DNA of 63,750 bases, counting the filler, from Intoshia linei (taxonomy: Eukaryota; Animalia; Orthonectida): assembly GCA_001642005.1 (NCBI GenBank). It is 8 parts of 8 records of this genome, joined end to end, with 100 filler letters (N's around TTAATTAATTAA, not from the genome) between each part and the next. Parts side by side here need not be neighbours in the genome. Positions count along the whole stretch, not along the records: positions 1 to 10,946 come from LWCA01001218.1; positions 11,047 to 23,863 come from LWCA01001052.1; 6 more parts are not named here. One strand, 5' to 3'. Below, one piece after another: positions 1-13,074 of the stretch; the stretch's first letter is position 1, and each line of letters starts with the position of its first letter. The notes beneath the pieces are model-generated. The model was not told the origin of the DNA, searched no databases, and saw only the letters and a program-made list of their open reading frames with translations. The position numbers and the translations under genes are program-made.

Positions 1-191
1 TATATATACACGCTTTTATTTGCCTTATTCTCCCAATGTGAACATATGGAATATAAAATAACTCCATAACTACAATTGGTAATTACCTAAAACTATATAT
101 GGTGAGAAATAGGCAAGTATGTATTAACTTCCCAAATTTTTGGAAAAATCGAAGCCAAAAAATTGGAAAAATTTGTCTGGGAGTATATGGG
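1..191. mobile_element. Right end of a TTAA-flanked piggyBac-like non-autonomous element
   Basis: Ends CTGGGAGTATATGGG followed by TTAA (192-195). This is the approximate inverted complement of TTAA-CCCTAATACTCCTAG at 61700-61718. Bases ~1-67 match 62030-62095. Confidence 0.6.
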
Positions 192-748
192 TTAACTATT
201 AAAGTTGAAAATATATGTTCAGAAACTATAAACAAATATAATTCATATTTGTTTGTTAAATTTAATTAGAATTCGTACTTATTTCCTATGTAAAAAATAG
301 TGAAGTAATATAAATAGTATCTACGGTAATAAAATATTCCCAAAATTGATGAATTTTATCATTTTTAAATTCGGTTTACTCTTAATATTATAAACTTAAC
401 AGAATTATTTTTTTACAATAGTACTTAAAAAATATTTGAGTAGAAGCTTTTAAAATATTTTTACCCAGTTTATATAAATTCATCTCTTTTTTTAAAAATC
501 ACGAAAAGTTTGTTCGTGAACTTTGTCTGAAATAAACGATTTTTTATTGATTTTTCAAAATTAATATGATAAGTATCTGAATCTTAAAATTATAACATAA
601 TGTAAAAAAAATTAAATCTGGAATAGCTATAATGTATAACTAAATTTTCAGTATCTAAATGTTTATCGTTTATTTTGTAATCTTAAAAGATGCAAATATT
701 TGCATAAATTTCATATATTATAAAATGTGTCAGACAACAAGAATTTAA

Positions 749-1307
749 ATGTCAAAAGCAATACTATACATTTCGATTCTACTGATTGTAGGCATATTGC
801 ACCTAGTAAATTAATGTTTGAATTTTTTTGAAATATATTTATTTAGATTGAGGCTATATTTTATTTCATTGGTTCACTATATTTGAATGTTAAAGCCTAC
901 AAAGATACTTATGGAACTTATTTTGAATTTTTTGAAAATCGAAGCGTTACAACAGTTATGTTGATTGTATTTTTTATATATTTACTCCTTGTCATAATTT
1001 ATATGGTATGCATCAATTTATAATTTTTTAAGTATACATTTAGACTTTTAAAATTATGTTCCTAGCGAAAAAAATTGGACAATACTACAGAATAGTATGG
1101 ATTGATAAACTTAAATATTTAAATCTTACACTTAGAACATCCTCTTTACAATAATACGCTTTTTATTCAAATTGGCAATTTTATCGACCATTTTGCATTA
1201 TGCTACGCATCAAGATTCTAGATACTATTTGAAATTGGACAAATATTCTGAAGACGTAAAATTTTTTATAATTATTTTTATAGAAAAATCTTTTATTTCT
1301 TTTATGA
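749..1307 (+). CDS. Small hydrophobic membrane protein (~136 aa, 5 exons), weakly TMEM138-like
   Basis: Exons 749-805, 847-1005, 1044-1094, 1136-1255 and 1284-1307 are joined by phase-0 GT-AG introns of 41/38/41/28 nt. They give an open frame MSKAILYISILLIVGILHL...VMLIVFFIYLLLVIIYM...HYATHQDSRYY...KNLLFLL*. Confidence 0.55.
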
Positions 1308-1444
1308 GCATTATATAATTACTAATTGGGTATTAATCTTAATTAAACAAAATAGAGAATAGCTTCATTCATCACATAAGTGACAATTTTGATGAGTGGC
1401 CCGATGGTTGTTTTTATTAGGCCATACGGCCAACATCTACTATA

Positions 1445-1965
1445 CTTTAAAGGATTGATAACAGTAAATACAAGGATTTATAGTAGAATTTCTAAGTTTG
1501 ATTTTCAATGTGAATTTATTTTTTTGGTAGAATAAAAATGTGCCCTCGGCAGAGCTAAGTGCTGTTTGTACGTAGTACATAACAGTCAACCTAGTACAGT
1601 TATATCCAGTTAACACACATAAAAAAATGTCAATCTGATTAAGTGACGCTTTCATGGTCAAAAAAGCACTTTAGTATTCATTTTTTTTAATTCGAAACTA
1701 TTTTATTATAACAAAAAAATTGAAATAATTAACGGGCGTACAATTAAAAAAAAAAATTATTCTGGTAAAGCTTATTCCAGTTGATATAAATACAAAATTT
1801 TAACCCCAGAAATCTACTCATTCTCAATGGCAAATAATTTTTAATATAAATATTATCAACCAATAATTTTCAAATGTTTGGATAAAATTAAAAATGAAAT
1901 CGTAAATAACAATCCTACAATTAAAAAAAAAAATGTGAATTTGTATAAATTTATTTTTAAATTAC
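1445..1965 (+). mobile_element. Helitron fragments: a 3' end (CTAG 1591-1594) directly followed by an internal segment of the same family
   Basis: Hairpin CTGTTTGTAC-GTA-GTACATAACAG followed by CAACCTAG|T. 1595-1965 matches the internal sequence of the 6909-7644 and 46287-48038 copies. Confidence 0.7.
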
Positions 1966-4461
1966 GAGACCTCAAACATATTCTGGTAGGTTCCCTTTAA
2001 ATGTACATTAGGGTGTCACATTTTAGGAAAATTTTGAGCATTTGAAGGGTAATTACCACTAAATGTGTGTATTTTCAAAATAGAAAAATTCTTTCGTAAT
2101 CAAAAACATTTAACAAAAACGGTCTCTATTCTAGTCGTGTTTGTCAATTGAAATTTATCATATAAAAATATTTTTGGAAATAAAAAATAAACTTTATTCG
2201 AGGAATAAGTAGATTTATAAGGGCATATCCATGCTTATAAAGTTATTACGTTGAAGTCCGTTTTGTTATGTATGTTAATTTTTTAAATTTAACTACAAAT
2301 ATAATATGTATAAATAATTTATTTGGAGTTTTATAGATGGTTAAAATCATCTAAAAATCTAATTAATCCATATTTTATTTCATAATCAAACCTGGTAAAA
2401 AACCACAAAATTAATTATAGTGAACATATAATATAACATGTATAATAATTACTATATTTGATACAATTTGACAGATAAAGCAACATTTGGAAAAATCTGT
2501 AACAAAAATATACCTCGTTTTAATCTTGTTGATTGACACAATACTAACTGTAATGGTGAAAACTTTAAATTTTAATATTTATTTAGTGTCTATCAATTTA
2601 TACTGGTATAATGTATAAAAAAAGCTACATGATTTAAATCAAATTCAATCAAAACATTAGCAATATTTCAATATTTTATTATTTCAAAGTAATACAAATA
2701 TTAACTTTATTTAAAAAATTTGTTTTGTTTAATAAATTGTTTTTCCAAATGAATCTCAACGTATTTAGGAAATGTAGTAAAGGTACATTATTTTGTAGGG
2801 TGAATTGTCAGTGTTTATTTTAAGATGATTTTAAATGTATTCATTTTACTAGAAAATGTGGAAAATTGTATATTCATCTTTTTAGTTATTTGACCTGTTT
2901 TAATGTTTATTTTTTATTTACATTTCATATCAAGATATTATATATACATCTTTATCTATTAGATATATCTTTTTTTTTTTTGTATTTTAAATATTTAATT
3001 TGGTAAACTATTATTACGTTATATGTGCAAGTTAGTCAGGTGTGTAAATCGGCCAACGACAGTCTTAGAAATCTTAAGGTTGATAGAGTAACATTCAAAT
3101 TGACAAGTTTATATTTTTTTAGTACTACAAGTGCTAATCAAACGCAATTTTTTTATCTTAAAATATATATGGGAAGTAGGGATCTATGGAAAAAATATGA
3201 GAAACATTGTGTTAATGCAATAAAATCCATAAATATTTGAGAAAGTACTAGTTTTGTGTGATCCATTAACGATTTAGCATTCGTGTTTTTTTATCTTGGT
3301 TTTAGAAATCCAGATAAACTTAATTTTTTCATTTTTTACTTGTTAATTATTTATAACAGGCATTCTCAACCCTTTTTCGCTGTGGACCTCTAAGATAATA
3401 TTACAAAAAACCTGTGAATCCCTTCAAAAAAATTAATAATAATGACAGTTTTTAATGAATCATTACATTTGGGTAAACAAATGATGGTCAAATGACATGG
3501 AGTACCCTATTTTTGTGAGATGATAAACTTAATGAACTATTAATATTAACCTTTAACCCGTCAATGTTCCAAAATGGAAAATGTTTTTCAGGTATTGTGT
3601 ACAGTACATTATTATTGTTATTATAATTGTTTACTACATATTTTATCAGATCAATAAAAAGTCTATATTATTTATCTTCCCTGTGAAAAATTAATATTTT
3701 ATATCCCTTGGTTGATGTTTTATAGAATCATGAATATTGACTTATTTTTGTCCCATTTTTAATTTGAAATTTAATGCTTTTTTTATGACTAGAAACTTGG
3801 CTCGGTCATAAATTTTAATAAAATAATTAAATAAAATCGCTGCTCCTAAAATAGAACAATGGAGGTTTCCCAATAAGTTTTTACACTTATAAGTAACTTA
3901 ATTTAATACCAAAGAATTTACTTTTACATGATTTGCACGTTTTATATTAATATTTTTGAGCCTTTATGTTTTAAAAACGACTTTATGTTACTGAAAATGT
4001 TTATAATATGTAATAAATGTATATAATATTCATGGACCCCCAAAAAAGTGCTGTGGACCCCGTGTGATTTATAAGATTTTGTTATATAAATCTGGCTTTT
4101 GTTTTATTTATTACATGTTAACCAAGATACATCGTACCTTTTTTGTCGTTTTTCGGACTCATCGTACAAATACTTTTATATGATTTATAAATCATGATAC
4201 ATGTAGACTTTACTGTTTTACATTCAGTTATATTAACTAGAATTGAGAAGGTTCCTAAGAATCATCATCAATGATATACGATATTGTAGATAATAGTGTC
4301 TCAACTTTAATTTTTGTAGATATTGTATTAAATAATGATTATATATTAACAGAATATTCTTAAACCCAACCATTTTTACTTAAACCCAATCATTTTTATT
4401 AAAAGTCTACTTTTACAAACCCCTAAGGGAAAAATTCATTCTTACCAACCCTATATATTAT

Positions 4462-5025
4462 AATTATCTCATTAATATATGGGTTTCTACTTAAATCCTA
4501 TCTTTTTCACTAAATTTCAAAATTTACCAACCCTTAAAGGAAAAATTCAGTTTTACAAACCCTAAAACGAAAAATCTAGTTTTATAACCCCTAACGGAAA
4601 AATTAATTCTTACCAACCCTAAAATGAAAAAATTAGTTTTACCAACTGTATAGGCAAAATTCCACTTTTACCTACCCTTAACGGAAAATGCAGTTTTACC
4701 AACCCTTAAGACAATGCTTTCCAACCGGTGTGTCGTGACATTTTTGTGTGTCGCCAATAATTTCTGAAAAACTGATTTTTTCATTTTAGGGTTGGTAAAA
4801 CTTAATTTTTCCTTTTAGTGTTAGTCAAACTCGATTTTTCGCTTAATTCTTGTAAAACTGATTTTTTTATTTTAGGGTAGGTAAATCTGAATTTTTCCTT
4901 TAAGGGTTGGTAAAACTCGATATTCCCTTAAGGGTTAGTAAATTTTGATTTTTAGTGAAAATGGTTGGATTTAAGTAAAAATGATTGGATTTAAGTAGAC
5001 ACCCATATATTAATGAGATAATTAT
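4462..5025. repeat. Long imperfect inverted repeat (foldback-like) whose arms contain tandem ~30-bp subrepeats
   Basis: TAATTATCTCATTAATATATGGGTTTCTACTTAAATCC (~4461-4498) pairs with GGATTTAAGTAGACACCCATATATTAATGAGATAATTA (~4987-5024). The left arm has TTTTACCAACCCTWAA units and the right arm has GGGTTGGTAAAA units. Confidence 0.75.
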
Positions 5026-5572
5026 TAAACGAGTGTACTTTTGGTATTTTTACCTGGTTGTTAATTATTACGTGTAGGTTATAGACTAAAACTTCTAGTA
5101 CATACCATGTCATACATAGTATGTGGTTATCCACTTTGCAGTACGTTTTTGAAAAATCCTCTTAATCCAACCATAAAAGAAAAAATTTAATTTTATCAAA
5201 TATAAGGAAAAAAGCAATTAATCCAACCCCAAATGAAAAATTAATGTTTACCAACCCTTAAGGTGGAAATCCACTTTTTCTAATTTTTTTTGAAAAGTTG
5301 CCCAATTAAAAACATAATTAGTATTTACATTTAATTTAATAATTAAATTATACAGATGTATAACATGATGAGAACAATATTTACATATAAATATTATAAA
5401 AGGCTAATGATAAACAATTTTTGCATTTTACGACGTTTATTTCTTTGACAAGCATTGCCATACATATAATCAAATAAGGCTGGCAATATTTCCTTATACA
5501 AAACATACGCGTTAAAAACAATTTATATAAATATGTAGAAATTTTTTAAAACCACCACTAACTAACAAAATC

Positions 5573-8500
5573 ATGTATACCAGTCGTATTCATTAATTTT
5601 GAATCATATACTTTAATTAAAAATAAATGATTAATCATATAATTACTGTATTTTAGAAATTTTTTCTTTAACAAAAAGGAGTGAACATATTTATTCTACT
5701 ACCCGAAAAAATTTAAAAATAAATAAAGATACTCGAGTTATATGCCAAGGGTTTACGGGAAAACAGGTTTATTTTTATATATTTTTTAATTAAATTTTAG
5801 GGAACATTTCACAGTCAACAAGCCATTGATTATGGTACAAAAATGGTTGGTGGGGTATCTCCAAAAAAAGCTAATACAATACACCTTGGTTTACCAGTAT
5901 TTGGTACTGTGGCAGAGGTATTTTTTACTTAACATTTATCCCGCTTATGTTCTCAAAATGGGACTTGTTTTCATGTATTTTTTACAATATATTGTTAGTT
6001 TTGTATCAAACCTTAAAAATATAGGTTTTTGAAGTTTTTTGAACCAAACCCTTGAAGTTGAAATTTTAGAGTGTTTTTCAACAACCCTTGAAGGAGATCT
6101 TTTAGAATATTTTTTAACCAAACCCTTGAAGGTGGACTTTTAGATTATTTTAATATTTAAATATATAAATAATGTAAAATTTTTTGGTGCTGATAGTAAT
6201 TAAAATGTGATGTTATGAAGGTTTACAATATGAAGTTATGATGATTACGGTTTGTGATGGAAAAGTATTCGTAAAGATGTGGAATTATATTTATGGTGAT
6301 GAAACACCATTATATTAAAATAACTAGCTTGAGTGTTATCTACTATTATTCCCACTTAATTTTATTTTGTTAAAAATTGTGTAAATAGTAATTTTTTTGA
6401 TATTCTATATTCTGTCGCATTAAATGTAATGGTTTAAGTTTTTATTTAGGCAAAAAAAGAAACGAACCCTGACGCTACAGTTATATATGTACCTCCTCAG
6501 TTTGCTATGGATTCTATTATGGAAGCTATCGATGCAGAAATTTCTCTAATTGTTGCTATCACTGAAGGTATTCCACAATTGGACATGGTTCGCATAAAAC
6601 AGCGATTATTACAACAAGATAAATCTAGGCTTATTGGTCCAAATTGCCCTGGAATTATTAATGTAATTTTTTTAATGTAAATCGAAAAGTTTATTTGTGT
6701 CATTTTGTTTTATTCCAAAATTTTTCCTACTCGTTGGATTACTCAATGGTTGTGAATTGGAAACGCTGCTATATAATATTTTCATTCTAATAATATCGAA
6801 TCTTATACATGTACTTGGGTTGGGAATCAATGTCAATTTACAGTGTTCTTTCTCTAATTTGATATAGTCGAGATTTAAAATGTATCCCGTTTGAAACTCT
6901 GCTATATATCCTTACTTATATAACTTGCTACGCAATATTTTTTTGTGTCTGTTTCACTTTATTTTAATAACTATCAGTCTTAGAATTGTATAAAGTCCAC
7001 ATTTCAATTAAAGTTTTTTCCGAGTGATAATAAGATAAATTTCAACATCCCAAACTCACGTCTTACAGATCAAAAACCCCAATTGGCCTTTTTCTTGAAA
7101 ATCAACCGATTTGGAGAATTTAAAAAAATATATCTTCAGGGCCAAAACCCCAAATAACCCTTTTTTTATGAAAACAGCTCTAAAATTTAAAAAAATTTAA
7201 ATCTCAGTAAGTGATGACTTCACGGTCAAAAAAGCATTTTAGTATTCATATATTTTTTTTCGAAATATTTTTATTAAACAAAAAATGTGAAATAATTAAC
7301 GGTCCGAAAATTAAAAAAAAGATTATTCTTGATTAGCTTATTCCAGTTGATATAAATACAAAAGTTTAACCTGAGAAATCTACGCATTCCCGATGAAAAA
7401 TAATTTTTAATATATTATGAACCAATTTTACCCAGACTACTACACATTCCTGGTGAAAAATAATTTTTAATATATTATTAACCAATATTTTGATTAAAAT
7501 CAAAAATTGAAAATTTAAATATTGATCCTTCAATTTCAAAAAAAGGAATTTCGACGTGAATTTATTTTTTTGGTATAATAAAAATGTGCCTTCGGCAAAA
7601 CAGGCTAGTTGCTGTTTGTATGTAGTACATAACAGTCAACCTAGTACTATATGTACTGCTGTAGCATATCATCAATATGTAAGTGAATAAATTAAAATAT
7701 TTAAATTATAGCCTGGAGAATGTAAAATTGGCATAATGCCAGGTTATATACACAAAAAGGGTAGAATTGGTAATGAATATATAATTTATTTACTGTAATG
7801 TTAACATTCAGGTATTGTTTCACGATCTGGCACATTGACGTATGAAGCAGTAAATCAAACTACAAAAGTCGGTTTGGGTGAATCTCTATGCATTGGAATT
7901 GGAGGTGATCCTTTTAATGGAACTAATTTCATTGATTGCATTGATTTGTTTTTAAATGATGAAGAAACAGAAGGTTATTTTTTAATGTTTGCTTCAGAAT
8001 TTATATGGTATTATTGACATTTTGTAAATTTTTTGAATAAAAAATATTGTGCACTAAAATTTAGTCTAAATCCCTTACGTATTGTTATTTTGGGATGCTT
8101 GTCTCCATTGATTTTTTTGCGTCATCAATGTTAAGTCATTGCTCATGAATTGTGAACGCGTCCATTGAATGAACTAATGGACTCTATTCTAATGTACCTA
8201 TACAAAAATTTAATTTTTGATAAATTAGATTGGAAACGTTTATATTTTTATTTTGGCCCATCAATATTTATTATATATTTTTTCTGTCCTACGCATTAAA
8301 ATATATACTAATAGATATTAATAATATCTTATTATCAAACTTTAACAACGTTAATTTTAATTGTTTTTAGGTATTATAATGATTGGAGAAATTGGCGGCG
8401 AAGCAGAAGAAAAAGCTTCTGAATACTTGAAACAATACAATTCTGTAAGTATTTTTTAATTGATGTGTGATTTTTTTGAATCGGAGGTTCTCAATTCAGC

Positions 8501-10308
8501 GAACACCTATTAGAAACTTATGACGTATCTTCAGACTAGTACCTTTTATAATGTTCAATGGATATTTCTCATATATTAAATTTTATTTATTAATATTTGA
8601 TAACTGCCTTACTGATAGTGTCTAGATTAGAGCTATGGAATGTAATGGATCACTAACAAAATATTTTATTTAAAAGACATGAATATTTTTCAAAAATTTG
8701 AAAAAATAATGTACTGTTACAGATTTAGTTTAAATGTTTTGAGTTTTTTTAATATTTTTAAAATCCAATTATAATTTATAATTTAGGGTTCAAATAAAAA
8801 ACCTGTTGCAGCGTTCATTGCTGGAATTACAGCTCCACCGGGTATCTGCATTTTTTAATTATACTTTATGATGATTGATAGTCTATTTAACATCGTTATT
8901 TACTAAAAAATCAATTATCTGGGGTGTCGAAGATAATCTTTGTATTTAACGACTTTTAATTTGCATCTTTTTTGTATTATAAAAAAGTTTAATAATTTTT
9001 TAAATTAAAATGTATACTGTTTCTACCCTCTGTCATTTCATTTTAGGCCGACGAATGGGTCATGCTGGTGCCATAATTTCTAGTGGTAAAGGCGGAGCCA
9101 AAGAAAAAATTGAAGCTTTACAGAGTGCAGGAGTTTATGTTACAAATTCACCGTCAAAAATGGGTGAAACTATTTATGAGGTTTTTTATTTCACATATTA
9201 CGGTTAATGTATACTAATACGCTACACCTGGGATGCCCAACCTGTCGATCGCAGATGATTTTCTGTGTGTGTTAACAGGATACAACTGTACAACCTGTAA
9301 ATTTTTTGAAATTCAATAAAGTAGAACACACACAAAAAAAAAATCGCGTAGCATTTTATATAAGTTAGGATAATAAATGAATAATTGGTACATTCAATTA
9401 TAACGTTTGGATTAGTCCAGTATTTCTTATACTAGGTTTTGCCGATAATTTTCAAAGCAAAAGTGTTTCGAATTTTAATTTTTGTTTTCTACGATCATAC
9501 TTTTTAATTTTTAACATGGGTTACTCATCAGAAACATTTTTTTGGTCAATGTATTAGTCGATGGCATCAAAAAAGGTTGGGCACCCTTGCGCTACACGAT
9601 TCGGCATTTTTCAATTCGTACTTGAGCTTACAAACGTTTTTCTGATTTGTCCGAAGTTCGGAAGACTCCGAACTGACAGTAAAATTTTTATGTCAGTTTT
9701 TTTGCAATTGTCCTATGTTTAAAGAATTATTCCAATAAGACTTTATCTATATATCAGTGTTTCAAAACCTCAGTGCCCCCAGTCAGAAATCATTTTACAA
9801 CATTATTGTATTGCAGTCACTCGACACTACAATACTCTAGGTCAGCGGTCCTAAATGCCGGTCCGTGGAATTTTTTTTAGAAACTATTTCAAATAAAAAT
9901 ATAATAAATTTTATAATTAATGTAATTATTAAATTTATATTCGACTAGTACACAAAAGTCAATATTTAAAAAATTTTCTTAATGAGATGAATTACATCTG
10001 ATGTTTTTTTGCGATCACGATGTATATATTTTTAGATTACGTCCATGTCGGGAAGCCGAGATATTTTGGATTGAAAATGGAGTTATAAATTGATTAAGTT
10101 GTTATCTAACTTTTATTTTTTACTCTTTTTCATTATTTTTAATTTTTAACTATTGTTTAAATACTACATCCGACATAATTAATTTCATAAAGAATGTTTT
10201 GTTCAGTGTTGAGTAGTGTTATCTTATTTTTATCCAGTTTGATTTTTAAATTTTAAAAATATGATTTATTATAAAATTTAGGCCATGAAAAATGAAAATA
10301 AATTATAA
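5573..10308 (+). CDS. SUCLG1: Succinate-CoA ligase [ADP/GDP-forming] subunit alpha, mitochondrial
   Basis: Exons 5573-5582 (tentative), 5657-5766, 5801-5917, 6450-6662, 7712-7769, 7812-7973, 8371-8444, 8787-8841, 9047-9180 and 10282-10308. Motifs: [48 protein letters not shown] and [11 protein letters not shown] (phospho-His). Confidence 0.96.
6909..7644 (+). mobile_element. Complete non-autonomous Helitron (736 bp) in a SUCLG1 intron
   Basis: 5' end A|TCCTTACTTATATAA, a TG-rich patch, a subterminal hairpin and a 3' CTAG|T. Inserted between A and T with no TSD. More than 10 related copies in the window. Confidence 0.85.
9228..9589. mobile_element. hAT (Buster-like) MITE with a nested Helitron 5' fragment
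   Basis: Perfect 8-bp TSD CGCTACAC (9220-9227 and 9590-9597). Imperfect TIR CTGGGATGCCCAACCT / AGGTTGGGCACCCTTG. Confidence 0.8.
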
Positions 10309-10369
10309 TTCACAATAAACTTTATAGTTTCCTTTTCTCTTATTTCAATATTTGAAATTTATAGTAGCT

Positions 10370-10946
10370 GGTTCACAAATTTGTTTCAGGTGGAACCATC
10401 ATATCACATTGCTGTTTACTTTAAAGTGAATTATTCCATCATAATTTTTTTTGTTAACATTTGCGTAAAGAATTTTAAAAACAATTGTTATCCCATTTTT
10501 TTAATTTATTTACAGAATGTGTGTATAATATTAAACATAAAGTAAAAACAGTGCAATCCTAATAAATTTTCATAAATAGTATAAATTCCAGAAAAAAATA
10601 AAATTATAAAAACCTATTTTGTCATTTTCAATGTGATGATATATATTCAGAACCAATTTAATAAATACTTACAAATACCAATTGTGTATCAATAATTAAT
10701 AGAATTCTTACTTTATAAACATATTTCAATAAAATTTTACCAATGTTGCAAAGGATTGTAATAAATATAAAAATCATATTAACAAAGTTGTTTTAGTTTC
10801 GTTGTTTAGATTCTATTTAAATTTTATTCAAAATATTTTGAAAATAAGAGTTAAAATCAAAATTGCGTAGCAATGAAAAAAATTCCGAATGCATGAATTA
10901 TATAAATTTTCACCCATATTTCTTTATTGGAAATGTGTAGACGTTC
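10370..10946 (-). mobile_element. Internal fragment of the long Helitron variant
   Basis: Colinear with 46430-47610 minus the nested insertion there, and with 29990-30380 and 43030-43300. Confidence 0.7.
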
Positions 10947-11046
10947 NNNNNNNNNNNNNNNNNNNNNNNNNNNNNNNNNNNNNNNNNNNNTTAATTAATT
11001 AANNNNNNNNNNNNNNNNNNNNNNNNNNNNNNNNNNNNNNNNNNNN
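10947..11046. other. Artificial contig spacer, N44-TTAATTAATTAA-N44
   Basis: The same 100-nt spacer, with stops in all six frames, occurs at 23864-23963, 30721-30820, 55525-55624, 59427-59526, 60548-60647 and 62096-62195. Confidence 0.97.
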
Positions 11047-11247
11047 TAACACAATTTTAAATCTGTGGGTATTTCTACTCGGCAACCCCGCATCAGTAAA
11101 GTAAAGAGAAAAGTCATCAGTAAAGAGATGCGGTAGTCTTTCTTCATCAGTTTTGAATAAATATTTCAATCTGGTTGACATTAGTTCGATGTCATTGATT
11201 GTGAATTCTGAATTTTCGATGGTCATTGGTTTTGTCTCCATTTTCAA
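11047..11247 (-). mobile_element. Possible LTR-retrotransposon pol fragment (protease-RT linker), cut by a gap
   Basis: ...LFTDDFSLYFTDAGLPSRNTHRFKIVL resembles the Ty3/gypsy pre-RT pattern 'F...gLPp.R...h.I.L'. No RT motif is visible. Confidence 0.3.
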
Positions 11248-11807
11248 AAGATTATATTAGTAGTGTGTATCATTAATATGGTTTAATTAGTTCGACAAAA
11301 TAATATAATCTTGTATCTTAGGATATTTCAATAATTGGTGTTGCCAGAATTCTACTATAAGTTTATTGTTAGGTATAGTAATCGATACATTTACGTTACT
11401 ATATTAATTAAAATATTTACGAAATATAATAATATAAATATCATAAAATATTATGAAACAGTACGAAAAAGTTAAAGAGATAAAGTTTTAAAATGAGAAA
11501 GTTGTAACGTGATGAGTTTGTTTATTGTTATATTATAAATAAAAATTAAATAAAGTTAAATTAATAAAAATATAAAGTTTCGTTTGTTTTGAAAAATAAT
11601 AAATTTTAGATCTGTTTGAAAGTCGTCAATGGTTTTCAAGCGCAATTTCACTGTTTAATAAAATTATTGATTATAGCTAACCTTTCATTCAATCACAGAA
11701 TTATATCGATTTTATTTATTCCAACAATTCAAAAGTCAAAATTTTCCCCCATGATGTTCACAAAGTTTCATAAAATATTTTTTCATTCTACCTTTTTTTA
11801 TACATAA

Positions 11808-12215
<408 letters not shown>

Positions 12216-13074
12216 ACTTTTGTATACGGTCGAATTAAGTGAAACAGTTTCGAGCCGAATAAAATTGAATTTATTATTAGTCTTATCAATTATTTTAGTT
12301 AAAATTTTGATATTGTAGTAACTTATATAATGGTATATGTTGCTGATAGCTTCTACTGAATGATATATCATTTATCAAAGTGATACATATAAGTTGTAAA
12401 AATCAAAATATAAATGATAATTTACGCATATCGCATTGATAACAAGTAATTGAATCCCAAAATTACGGAATTTGGTTGTATACAAAAACTTTAATAAAAC
12501 TATAAATAAATTATTAAATTTATATGGCAATCTGAAATGAATATTCTATATACAAATCAATATACATGTAGTTTAATTATCATCTTTGAAATGGTTAAAA
12601 ATAAAAACTCCTCTGCTTTGCCTAAGAATTAACCACAGATCGTTAAATGTATCCAGTTGTATTGTATTGAATATTAATTCTTTTTTTTTTAATTTTATTT
12701 CTAAATTATACGTTATACATTTATGTTATATGTATATTTATGTGGTTTCAAAACTTTAAAGGTCTTTCTCATATGATGTACATTACATTTGTTGTAACCA
12801 AGTAAAAAAATCTTAATATAAACTTTTCTAGTAGATGTGGTGAATATGTGACAATAAAACATGTTAATATTATAAAATCCATTTTTTGGGTTTTTCAAGT
12901 CATTTCACAGATACCACCTTTCAATGCCGGTTTTTAATATTTATCAAATTAATTAAATATAAAATTGTTATTTCTTGATCAAAAATTTAAAGAAAAATTA
13001 ACAAATGAAACAACTGATTTGAATTAATTTCGATATACATCAGGTATAATACATGTATAACGTTAAATGATTAC

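Noticed and set aside
4360-4990. ~30-bp periodic repeats as a CRISPR array
   Set aside because: Degenerate head-to-tail units with no unique spacers, no cas genes, and a eukaryotic context.
5826-6703. ORFs 5826-6032 (+) and 6497-6703 (-)
   Set aside because: Alternative-frame and antisense shadows of SUCLG1 exons.
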